Shown here piece after piece: positions 39,977 to 48,263 of a stretch of DNA of 64,000 nt. Source of the DNA: an uncultured Desulfurococcales archaeon. Lineage in GTDB: Archaea > Thermoproteota > Thermoprotei_A > EX4484-217-1. A program made the translations under genes and the position numbers. The stretch covers positions 1,126 through 65,125 of the forward strand of contig CAZBXI010000001.1 in NCBI GenBank assembly GCA_964496035.1, written 5' to 3'. The notes under the pieces were generated by a model. That model was not told where the DNA came from and made no database searches. It saw only the letters and a list, made by a program, of their open reading frames with translations. Position 1 is the first letter of the stretch; each line of letters begins with the position of its first letter.

Positions 39977-40690
39977 TTAGTTTTTCCTCTCGTATTCTTT
40001 CTTCTTTCTCTCATAGTTTTCTCTGCTATCTATTATTTTTGCTGGTACGCCTGCTACAACAACGCCTTCAGGAACATCTTTTGTAACGACAGCCCCTGCC
40101 GCTACTACCGAGTTCTTACCTATCTTCACTCCTGCAATAATGACTGCATTGGCACCTATGACCGCGTCATCTTCTATAGTAACTCCGCAGAGTCTTCTGC
40201 TCGGAGGATATTTGTCATTAGTTATAATTACGTTCGGGCCTAGGAAGACGTTATTTCCTATTATAGTTTTAGGTGGTATATAGACGTTTGATTGTACGCT
40301 AACATTATTACCTATAGTTACATAACCATCAATTATAGATTGTGTACCTATCTTCGTATTACTACCTATAATCACATGTTCCCTAATGAGAACATTGTGG
40401 CCTGTTTCTACGTTATTTCCAAGTATAGTTTCCTCGTATACTATCGTGTTTGCTCTAATTATGCAGTTTTCACCTATCTTTGATCCATTACTTATTTCAT
40501 CATATAGTTTAAATGGTTTTATGTTACGTAGCTTATCTAGTGCACTAATTATCTTCTTTCTCGTAGGATAACCTACAATGACATTATTTCCCAGTATAGT
40601 GTGTTTACCAATTATGGATTTACCTAAAACTACTACATCTCCTTCCAATATGGTAGCGCTTAGAATAGCTTTATGTGATATGTAGAACAC
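39977..40690 (-). CDS. hexapeptide-repeat (left-handed beta-helix) acyl/acetyltransferase
   Basis: Repeated [LIV]G-x-x-x-x hexapeptides throughout (IGNNVIVG, IGENCIIR, LGNNVETG, IGSNTKIG, ...). Confidence 0.75.
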   Translation of the reverse strand: MFYISHKAILSATILEGDVVVLGKSIIGKHTILGNNVIVGYPTRKKIISALDKLRNIKPFKLYDEISNGSKIGENCIIRANTIVYEETILGNNVETGHNVLIREHVIIGSNTKIGTQSIIDGYVTIGNNVSVQSNVYIPPKTIIGNNVFLGPNVIITNDKYPPSRRLCGVTIEDDAVIGANAVIIAGVKIGKNSVVAAGAVVTKDVPEGVVVAGVPAKIIDSRENYERKKKEYERKN

Positions 40691-40947
40691 TAATGTGCAC
40701 CTTTCTATACTAGGGTAAGGGATAGATAATCTGTATTTTGGTGTATAAATATATGGTTTGATGTACTTTTCCTTAGTTATATTTATATTTAATCATAGGT
40801 ATTACTGAAATATACATTTAAATAATGCCTTAGTACCTAACTCTATATCTTTAAATAAATAATTAAAGATATTAATGGGTATTACTTAGGAGAAGAAGGT
40901 ATATATTTAAACTTCATAGAAATCTGACGTACACTAAGGGGGTTTGC
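40691..40947. promoter_or_regulatory. 257-bp highly AT-rich divergent intergenic region with multiple TATA-like motifs
   Basis: tataaatat, tatatttatattt, catttaaata, ctttaaataaat, tatatatttaaac between the acyltransferase operon and the Zn-ribbon/Ced-like cluster. Confidence 0.4.
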
Positions 40948-41157
40948 ATGCCTGTTATTTACCTTTGTAGGAATTGCGGTTTCGTATTATACCGGTTCGA
41001 GAGAGTAGGTCAAGACTATTATGGATTGCCAACACCTAGCGAAATAATGAATTGGTATGGTGGTGTTTGCCCTAAATGTAATTCGAAACTTAGAAAACCT
41101 ACTTTATCGAGCATAAGAGTTGGATTTCGAGGGAAACTGATTACCTTAAAGCAGTAG
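40948..41157 (+). CDS. small zinc-ribbon protein
   Basis: CRNC...CPKC four-Cys ribbon; 69 aa. Confidence 0.4.
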   Translation: MPVIYLCRNCGFVLYRFERVGQDYYGLPTPSEIMNWYGGVCPKCNSKLRKPTLSSIRVGFRGKLITLKQ

Positions 41158-41353
41158 CTTTTAGTTGAACTTTCTTTACCGTACTTTTCTTTTCTTCACT
41201 GTAGTGATTTAATAATTCTATAATGGCTTTTCTTATTGCCTCACTTCTACTTGAAAAGTAACCTTTTTTAACAAGTTCATCAAGTTCCTCGAGAATTTCT
41301 CTTCTCAGTTTGAACGTTACAACAACGGTGTCATCGAGCCATATCGTCGCCAA
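41141..41353 (-). CDS. CopG/ribbon-helix-helix DNA-binding protein
   Basis: TVVVTFKLRREILEELDELVKKGYFSSRSEAIRKAI is a canonical RHH beta-alpha-alpha. Confidence 0.6.
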   Translation of the reverse strand: MATIWLDDTVVVTFKLRREILEELDELVKKGYFSSRSEAIRKAIIELLNHYSEEKKSTVKKVQLKATALR

Positions 41354-41476
41354 TTAGAATATCACCTAAAAGTAATACCGTAGTACATAATATAAAAGTA
41401 TTTTTAGTATCACGTATCTTCAGTAGTTTTTAAGGTTTCTGAAAGTCTCTTTTAAAACCCCCCTATATTCTTACGG

Positions 41477-41719
41477 GTGAAGAAGGTGGGTATAGACAGC
41501 TTGATTAGTGATTTGACTACAAGAGTTGTCATGGCAGCTTGGGCTTTATTCATGCTATCATGGGCTTTAGGGTGGTTATTGAAGGGTTCACCTATTCCGA
41601 TATACAGAGTTAAAAGGTTCGGCCAGGATATGGTTGAGGATGCTATAATGGGTGCTTTTTGGCTTGCTGTTGGTACAAGTATTTTCGCACTTATTAAGTA
41701 TTTAGCTTCAGCATTTTAG
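41477..41719 (+). CDS. small 2-TM membrane protein (CedA1-like)
   Basis: 80 aa with two hydrophobic helices; first gene of the cluster. Confidence 0.45.
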   Translation: MKKVGIDSLISDLTTRVVMAAWALFMLSWALGWLLKGSPIPIYRVKRFGQDMVEDAIMGAFWLAVGTSIFALIKYLASAF

Positions 41720-41745
41720 TTTAACAACCTAACGCGTGAAGAATC

Positions 41746-43197
41746 ATGGATCAGTTCCTTATATTAGCATACTCATTAGCTATACTTACATATTATCTAG
41801 GCGTATTCATATATGCCCTACCTATACCATGGTGGGGTATTAAAAAATGGGCTCCTACACTTATTTACGATGCTCTCGCTACAGCTATTCTCATTTTCAT
41901 GTTTTCTTCTATTATTGAACTAGTAAATTACCTTGGATCTATGCTGAACATTGATTGGCAATTATATTTTGAATGGATTACAGGCAGAATTGCCATTATA
42001 GGTTCCTTCATAACAACCCTCATGACCTTCTCTATGATGCTGTCTAGTGCGGGCATGAAAGCATTATCTACGGCAGGATTAGGCCCTATTATAAGTTTAG
42101 CAACGTATACTTTAATTGTTCTAGAAATTCTTTTCATACTAGGTCTCATTTTTCAACAATTCTTTGCTAAAATATTGGTAATAGGTGTATTACTGTATTC
42201 TGTGCCTTTCAGGATAACAAGGGGTGCAGGGGCATCTTTAATTGCTATGTCGATAATTTTTACTTTAGCTCTACCATTGCTACCGGCATTTGCAGAAGCT
42301 TTTGTTGTTGAAAGCGCTGAGAAAAATATTAGTGAGGTTATTGAAAAAATAGGTAGCATAAATGTTGAAGAATGGGGTATAGTTTTCGTTAAAGGACAAA
42401 TACTCGATAAAAAAGGACAGCCATTAGCTGGTGCTCTTACGAAATGGTATGCAAAACATAGTGGTGGAGAAGGCTTCGTAGCATCATATCTTACTTCAGA
42501 AGATGGATGGTTTAATGCTGGTAGACCATACGGAGGACTTCCATACAACGTACTATTAAGGCTGGAGGTAATCTACTGCGGTGTGAAGTTAATTCCAGAA
42601 TTAGAAACCATAGATCCGCATAAAGATTTCATATATGATCCTCTTAGAGATCCTAACGCAGATTACTTCATTACATTGAAAATGAAAAACGCTGTTATCA
42701 TGGATAAATACTTCATTATTAAATCAAGCAATCCTAAGATTCTAAGCTCATTAAAAATAAGTAAAAGCGAAGATGAAGTGAAATTAAAACTTAACGTAAG
42801 TGAAGAGTCAACATTAACTATAGTCGTACATGAGGACTATAATGCTGATAAAATCATGATTAACAACACGCAAGCAAAGAGCTATGATGAAGTGAAATCC
42901 TGGGGTCAAATCAATTTCTACGTTTACAACATCCCCTTAGAAGAAGGTTCGTACGAAATAAAAATACTCATTAACCCCGAGCAGCGAATAAGGAACCCAA
43001 AAATAAGCGATAAAGGGTACTTAAAGTCTTTATCAGGAGGCATAAGTAACTTAAGAGATTTAGGTAAAACCATAGCTAGTGTCATTTTTGAATGGATAAT
43101 GCTGCCGATAACATACCTTTCAATTCTCATAATGTCTACGTACTCCTTAGCTTATGTTATTGGTGGTAGAAGAGTAAGGTTACCTATAAAGACTTGA
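41746..43197 (+). CDS. polytopic membrane protein (CedA-like; 6-7 N-terminal TM, a soluble middle domain, and a C-terminal TM)
   Basis: Hydrophobic N-terminal 190 aa and a C-terminal helix. It sits between the two small TM genes and the ATPase. Confidence 0.5.
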   Translation: MDQFLILAYSLAILTYYLGVFIYALPIPWWGIKKWAPTLIYDALATAILIFMFSSIIELVNYLGSMLNIDWQLYFEWITGRIAIIGSFITTLMTFSMMLSSAGMKALSTAGLGPIISLATYTLIVLEILFILGLIFQQFFAKILVIGVLLYSVPFRITRGAGASLIAMSIIFTLALPLLPAFAEAFVVESAEKNISEVIEKIGSINVEEWGIVFVKGQILDKKGQPLAGALTKWYAKHSGGEGFVASYLTSEDGWFNAGRPYGGLPYNVLLRLEVIYCGVKLIPELETIDPHKDFIYDPLRDPNADYFITLKMKNAVIMDKYFIIKSSNPKILSSLKISKSEDEVKLKLNVSEESTLTIVVHEDYNADKIMINNTQAKSYDEVKSWGQINFYVYNIPLEEGSYEIKILINPEQRIRNPKISDKGYLKSLSGGISNLRDLGKTIASVIFEWIMLPITYLSILIMSTYSLAYVIGGRRVRLPIKT

Positions 43198-43207
43198 GGG
43201 TGATATT

Positions 43208-43399
43208 ATGGACCCCTTTAAAACTATGATAATAATGTATGTTCTTACCGTAATATTTGTAGTGTACAACGTACTCACATACTCAAGTCAAATGAATGTA
43301 TTTGTATCAATATTGTTCTCGATTCTAATAGTTTTCCCAGTACTAGCTATCCTAGCTTACTATAAAAACATAGTAAGAGGTGAAATTGATGGAAAGTAG
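43208..43399 (+). CDS. small 2-TM membrane protein (CedA2-like)
   Basis: 63 aa with two hydrophobic helices; overlaps the ATPase start by 20 bp. Confidence 0.4.
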   Translation: MDPFKTMIIMYVLTVIFVVYNVLTYSSQMNVFVSILFSILIVFPVLAILAYYKNIVRGEIDGK

Positions 43400-45263
43400 T
43401 AAAATAATACCGTACATGCTCATAGTAGTGGGCTTAATGATTTCCATGTACATTTCTAATCCTCAGATTTTTGAAAAACCCTATTACGCAACATTGCTTG
43501 TAGCCTCAACAGCAATTACTATATCAATAGCAATAATGGGTAGAGAGAAAATTAGGAAGCTATTAGGCGCTAAGCTCAGAAAAAGTATCATTAAAGATAT
43601 AAATGATTTCCACGTTGAAGAGAACATAGTAATTATGCCTAATAAGGACATTTATAAAGGGGCAATAGTATATACGGTAAGCGAAATACCGTATACGTTT
43701 GCCGATGTGTCACAAAGTTTTCTACTGCAACAAATAAGGGCATTTACTAACTTTATAGTTGCATCCGAAGACAATACTTCCTTACTTTTAATTAAAAAGA
43801 GCGGGGATGTGAGAAAATACGTTAGGAACCTTGAACGTACCATAACTAATTATAAAGTGCTGCTTTCCGCAGATCCTGCTAACCCCTACATTCAGAGAAA
43901 ACTGCAGAAACTTGAAGCATTATTTAACAGGATAAGTAGAGGAGAAACACCAATCAATGTAAAAATATATTTAATAGCTTCAGCCCAAGACAGAAATGTT
44001 AGGAAACTCTATGAAAAGTTAAGAAGGAAAGGTGAGACATTATCTTCATCGTTTAAAGCAAGCTTAGGGCTAGAGTTAAGGAAGGCATCTGAAGAAGAAG
44101 TATTAGAAGCAATAACACATGGCCTTCTAGGTGAAAGTAAACCTATAACCATGCTTGAATCTGACTTGAGCTTCCTAACACCTATAGGATATGTTAAGCG
44201 GCCTAAAATTTCTGGTGAAGGAATATTTATAGGAGAGGATATTGACTATGGAACGCTAGTATTCTACGATTTCGAAAAACACTTAACTAAACATATGGTT
44301 ATCATTGGACCTACAGGTAGGGGTAAAACAACGTTATTGTACACGATAGCTAAGAGGGTTATTGAACAATACGATGTTCCCATATGGATTTTGGACTTAA
44401 GAGGAGAATTTATCGGATTAAGTAAAACAATGGGTATCTCAGTAGTAGACCCTGAGAAAACACCAATCAACTTAATGTTACCATGGTTTACTAGCCCAAG
44501 GCTTAGAGCAAGGCAGTTAATAGATTTAATTAAATCGTTAACAGATTTAGAACCCACAGAAGAGTACATATTATACATGTCGATACTTAAATCATATGAA
44601 CGTGCTCAGCAGCCTAACCTAGAAACGCTAATAAGAGTTATTCAAGAAGAAAAATCATCGAGTTCAGAACTAGAACTAAAGTTCTACACCTTACTTACAA
44701 AAATAGAGCAGTTAAATAGCAAAGTATTTCTAGGAAGCAGTTACGGCAATGTATTCTCCATAGTTAAGAAACCCGTAATTTTTGCCCTATATAAGCTACC
44801 TGAAGAGTATAGGAAAATATATGCGTTGGCGATCCTACAAATACTTACTAATTACATGTTAACATTAACGCCGACGAACAAGCTTAGACGCTTAGTACTA
44901 ATAGATGAAGCTTGGAGGCTTACAGATACTAAATCCGGATCTAAAATTATTAGGAGTCTAATCAAGGAAGGTAGAGGCTACGGGTTAGCAGTTGCTCTTG
45001 CCTCACAAGACATTACAGATTTCCCAAAGGACGTACTTGACAACGCCGGCACTGTCATCGTATTTGGCTCCAATAGTAAGGACTACATAGAAGCTGTAGC
45101 TAGGTACATGAAGCTTAATGAGGAGGAGAAAGAGAGAATGACGTGGTTGAAAACAGGAGAGGCACTAATCAGAATTACAGGGGATCCTAGACCAATATGG
45201 GTAAAAATAATACCGGAAAGCATGGAGGCTCAGAGCATAGTATCTAAAGCAGAAAATAGGTAA
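43380..45263 (+). CDS. membrane-anchored HerA/VirB4-like ATPase (CedB-like; 2 N-terminal TM)
   Basis: Walker A IGPTGRGKTT, Walker B VLIDEAWRL, and C-terminal ALASQD...VFGS. Two N-terminal TM helices. Confidence 0.7.
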   Translation: MKLMESSKIIPYMLIVVGLMISMYISNPQIFEKPYYATLLVASTAITISIAIMGREKIRKLLGAKLRKSIIKDINDFHVEENIVIMPNKDIYKGAIVYTVSEIPYTFADVSQSFLLQQIRAFTNFIVASEDNTSLLLIKKSGDVRKYVRNLERTITNYKVLLSADPANPYIQRKLQKLEALFNRISRGETPINVKIYLIASAQDRNVRKLYEKLRRKGETLSSSFKASLGLELRKASEEEVLEAITHGLLGESKPITMLESDLSFLTPIGYVKRPKISGEGIFIGEDIDYGTLVFYDFEKHLTKHMVIIGPTGRGKTTLLYTIAKRVIEQYDVPIWILDLRGEFIGLSKTMGISVVDPEKTPINLMLPWFTSPRLRARQLIDLIKSLTDLEPTEEYILYMSILKSYERAQQPNLETLIRVIQEEKSSSSELELKFYTLLTKIEQLNSKVFLGSSYGNVFSIVKKPVIFALYKLPEEYRKIYALAILQILTNYMLTLTPTNKLRRLVLIDEAWRLTDTKSGSKIIRSLIKEGRGYGLAVALASQDITDFPKDVLDNAGTVIVFGSNSKDYIEAVARYMKLNEEEKERMTWLKTGEALIRITGDPRPIWVKIIPESMEAQSIVSKAENR

Positions 45264-45301
45264 AATATAATAAAACCCTGATATTATTGTTCTAAATGAA
45301 A

Positions 45302-45340
45302 CCGTGCGATCTAACCCCGCATGGGTAGAGATGAGCACGG
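45302..45340 (+). other. GC-rich interrupted hairpin downstream of the ATPase gene
   Basis: ccgtgc/gcacgg (6 bp), atct/agat (4 bp), ccc/ggg (3 bp) nested stems with a 5-nt loop. Local GC is much higher than the surroundings. Confidence 0.35.
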
Positions 45341-45389
45341 GGGTCACCTCTAGGCAACACTACACCCTTTAATTCCAACGTCTTTCTCG

Positions 45390-45929
45390 GTGATTTTCTT
45401 GAACAACCTAAGCAGCATTACGCCCGTGCATGCAGAATCTTACTTCATTGTTGAACGAAATGGCACTTTTAACCAAATATTAAAATATCAATATCACGAC
45501 CCAGAGGAGTACTTCTATAAGCTCATACATAAACCACGTGAATATTATAATGAAATCAGCAGATTATATTCGGTTATTAAAGAAGTTTTAGAAGAAGAGA
45601 GAGTGCTCATAAACGGAAAAAGAGTAAGCCTAAACGTTGAATTTATAAACATTGACTTTACAGGGTACATAGATTTACCCTACATAGTATATTTTATAAA
45701 GTTCAAAGGAACATTAAAGAAAGGTGTTAATGTTTTCGAAGACTATTACGGCGAAACCGTGGCAGAATATGATTACGAAGTATACTGGTTTTTTCCTAAG
45801 CGAACTAAGATATTAGAAGTTTATGTTGATGGAGACTACGATCTCGTAGATGACAATAAGCTCTTTATTTGGGTTAGAAAAGGCGATAAAATATCAGGTT
45901 ATGAGAAAATAGTTTTTAAGCTCTCTTAA
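45390..45929 (+). CDS. hypothetical protein
   Basis: 179-aa ORF, rich in Y/E/D. Confidence 0.35.
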   Translation: MIFLNNLSSITPVHAESYFIVERNGTFNQILKYQYHDPEEYFYKLIHKPREYYNEISRLYSVIKEVLEEERVLINGKRVSLNVEFINIDFTGYIDLPYIVYFIKFKGTLKKGVNVFEDYYGETVAEYDYEVYWFFPKRTKILEVYVDGDYDLVDDNKLFIWVRKGDKISGYEKIVFKLS

Positions 45930-47049
45930 TTCTTAGCACATTCTTATAATATTTCACTAAAGGATTCTTCACGTTACACTCTTCGATACATAAACCTAGT
46001 GTTCTCATGGTGTCGCAATTATAAGGCTTATACTTCTTCCTGGAACCTCTTAAACCAGCTAAATGTTCAACCTGATATTTAGCTATGGTTTCATCAAAAT
46101 CAGGTAATTTTCTAAAAACATTAACAACAGATTCTACATCTAGTCCTATATTAAGGAGGAAAGTAGCTAAAGCAAACCTAGCATGGTGTGAGAGATGTTT
46201 ACCATCTAAAGCATCCTGATAGAGAACTTTAATACATGGTGGAAAAGCTTCAAAAACAACAATTCCTAAGCTTCTAAGTTCATCAAATTTCTCCTTCATA
46301 CTAGCGTAAAGCGCGTATCGTGCATGTTCCTTTCTTATTTTTTGTACTTCCGACTCTATATTGCTTAAAATATCTTTAACTAAGTTAGGTATTTCCTCTC
46401 TGCTTAGAGGTCTAACTTGTTGTTCTATAGTATTAGTTATGATTTCTACTAAATATCTAATGACTTTCTCCCTAGTTAAGTAAACAAATCCTTCTGAGAC
46501 CATTTGATTAACAAGTTTCCAGGAAAGATCACTATGTAGCCTTATAGACTTAAGATAATCTCTAACATGAACCCTAAATGGGTACTTTATGTCATATATT
46601 ACTCCCCTACTTATAAGATAAGGGATTTTAAGAGGCTTATTTTCTATATTATCCAATAATATCCCTAGCTTACTTGCTATTACAGATAAAACATCGTTAC
46701 TTTCATCCATCAAGAACTTCCTTATTCTCTCTGCTTCAGCTACCGCGTATTTTCTGGTAAGCCACTTATCATTGAGAACAGATAATACTATTATGCTTAA
46801 ATAGTACGCTACTATTTCTTCATCATCTGATATTCCAATAGGATCAGGTATTTTCCCCTTTATTGCACCCAAAATTCTTTCTCTTACACGCCTTCCTAAT
46901 CTTTTAATATCCATGGTTTTTAGAATATCCATGAAGCTTAATCTTACGCTATATTTTATGTTAAAGTATTGCGTAGGTTGAATTAAAAAAGGGTATTTAG
47001 TAAAATCTACATGCACCCTTATATTTCTTCCAACGCCTTGCTTACTCAT
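45916..47049 (-). CDS. priL: DNA primase large subunit PriL
   Basis: C-terminal Fe-S domain FPPCIKVLYQDALDGKHLSHHARFALATFLLNIGL...YKPYNCDTMRTLGLCIEEC. Confidence 0.8.
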   Translation of the reverse strand: MSKQGVGRNIRVHVDFTKYPFLIQPTQYFNIKYSVRLSFMDILKTMDIKRLGRRVRERILGAIKGKIPDPIGISDDEEIVAYYLSIIVLSVLNDKWLTRKYAVAEAERIRKFLMDESNDVLSVIASKLGILLDNIENKPLKIPYLISRGVIYDIKYPFRVHVRDYLKSIRLHSDLSWKLVNQMVSEGFVYLTREKVIRYLVEIITNTIEQQVRPLSREEIPNLVKDILSNIESEVQKIRKEHARYALYASMKEKFDELRSLGIVVFEAFPPCIKVLYQDALDGKHLSHHARFALATFLLNIGLDVESVVNVFRKLPDFDETIAKYQVEHLAGLRGSRKKYKPYNCDTMRTLGLCIEECNVKNPLVKYYKNVLRIKRA

Positions 47050-47073
47050 AGTTAAACAACTTGAATACTAGGA

Positions 47074-47613
47074 TTACTCTACTTTAATACTAAACCCTTC
47101 CTCAGCTTCCTCTTTAACCTTCTTAATTTTAACTTCAAGAACACCGTTCCTATAGCTTGCTTTGGCTGTTTCAGGTTTAACATCGGTGGGTAATTCTACT
47201 TCTTTGTAATATTTCCTATCACCACTAGCAGCTGAGATTATTAATGTTCTACCCTTAATTTTTACGTCTATGTCCTCCTTATTCACTCCGGGAACTTCGG
47301 CAACAACAGTTATTGTATCTTTGTCTTCTATGACGTCTACAAGTGGTTCTCTTTCTTCAGAAATCTTAGGCCTTCCAGCAATACGCCTGACATTACCGAA
47401 CTCCTTAATTATAGGTTTACCGTCGGGACCTATGGTTATACTGAAACCATAAACATAGGGACCAAATACTCTTCTCTCTCCAAACTCTTCAGCAAATTCT
47501 TCCATTTTCTCTATTCTTCTCATCCAATCTCTAAACTCCTTATCGAGGTTTTCAAAAATATCTTCAAAAAATTCATCAAAAATATCCCAGAAACTTTTTC
47601 TTCTTCTAGGCAT
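47074..47613 (-). CDS. small heat-shock protein (Hsp20/alpha-crystallin)
   Basis: Alpha-crystallin domain DKDTITVVAEVPGVNKEDIDVKIKGRTLIISAA...ASYRNGVLEVKI. Confidence 0.85.
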   Translation of the reverse strand: MPRRRKSFWDIFDEFFEDIFENLDKEFRDWMRRIEKMEEFAEEFGERRVFGPYVYGFSITIGPDGKPIIKEFGNVRRIAGRPKISEEREPLVDVIEDKDTITVVAEVPGVNKEDIDVKIKGRTLIISAASGDRKYYKEVELPTDVKPETAKASYRNGVLEVKIKKVKEEAEEGFSIKVE

Positions 47614-47726
47614 CTATACTCACACCTTACCCTCTAAATTTCACTTCAAGTATTCTCTAGAACTGTATGAGTATAAAAGCTTTAAACGAGAATACTATGA
47701 CAGTGCATGTTACAGTATTTCCTACA

Positions 47727-48113
47727 TTATTTTTCGAAAACTATTTTTAACCCATGAAAGAGATGTTTAAATCTCAAGAAGGAATTCATGTTAAGAATTA
47801 TGTCGTCATTCTCCTTAACGTAGCTTAATCCTTCAAGAGGATTAAGAGGTGGTTTTGGTATGTTTTCACATATGTTTTTGCCTAAATATTTCCATTTGAT
47901 TTTTGTTCTTCCGCTCTCTCTAATGTGAACTATTTTCCACCAATAGCGACCATGATAAACATACTTCCTGCCTTTCACTGCAACTACATGTGTTGGTTTT
48001 AGGTAGAATCCGAGCCTTCTAATTAGGTCATTATACTCTCTAAGCTCTTCTTCATATTCTCTCTGGATATCAACAATCCTTCTATAACCACCAATAATCC
48101 TAACTCTGGACAT
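47727..48113 (-). CDS. hypothetical protein
   Basis: 128-aa basic ORF. Confidence 0.35.
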   Translation of the reverse strand: MSRVRIIGGYRRIVDIQREYEEELREYNDLIRRLGFYLKPTHVVAVKGRKYVYHGRYWWKIVHIRESGRTKIKWKYLGKNICENIPKPPLNPLEGLSYVKENDDIILNMNSFLRFKHLFHGLKIVFEK

Positions 48114-48127
48114 GGTTTAGAACCCGC

Positions 48128-48187
48128 TATCAGCCGCGGCCATTTATATCATCGTCTTCGGCTCAAAGAGGGAAAGGCCCATCATCC
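48128..48187 (-). ncRNA. weak candidate C/D-box sRNA (minus strand)
   Basis: Minus strand: imperfect C auGAUGg (plus 48179-48185), 12-nt guide, degenerate D' and C', 12-nt guide, D CUGA (plus 48130-48133). The region is GC-rich. Confidence 0.25.
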
Positions 48188-48263
48188 TCCGGAATATTTA
48201 CTGTTATGAGAGAAGTATTTAGCTTTTCAACACATATAGTATATTAAAGCTTAATTGAGGTGA

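Noticed and set aside
33286-45263. Integrated conjugative plasmid or virus spanning the two membrane ATPases
   Set aside because: No integrase, relaxase, TraG/VirD4 coupling protein, plasmid replication gene or tRNA attachment site was found. Flanking genes (PCNA, PriL, Hsp20, Lhr) are chromosomal housekeeping. The Ced-type interpretation fits better.
45290-45375. Possible tRNA gene in the GC-rich element after the CedB-like ATPase
   Set aside because: tgggtagag resembles a D-loop. However, no acceptor stem, anticodon arm or GTTC(R)A T-loop can be placed on either strand. It is kept only as a structured element.
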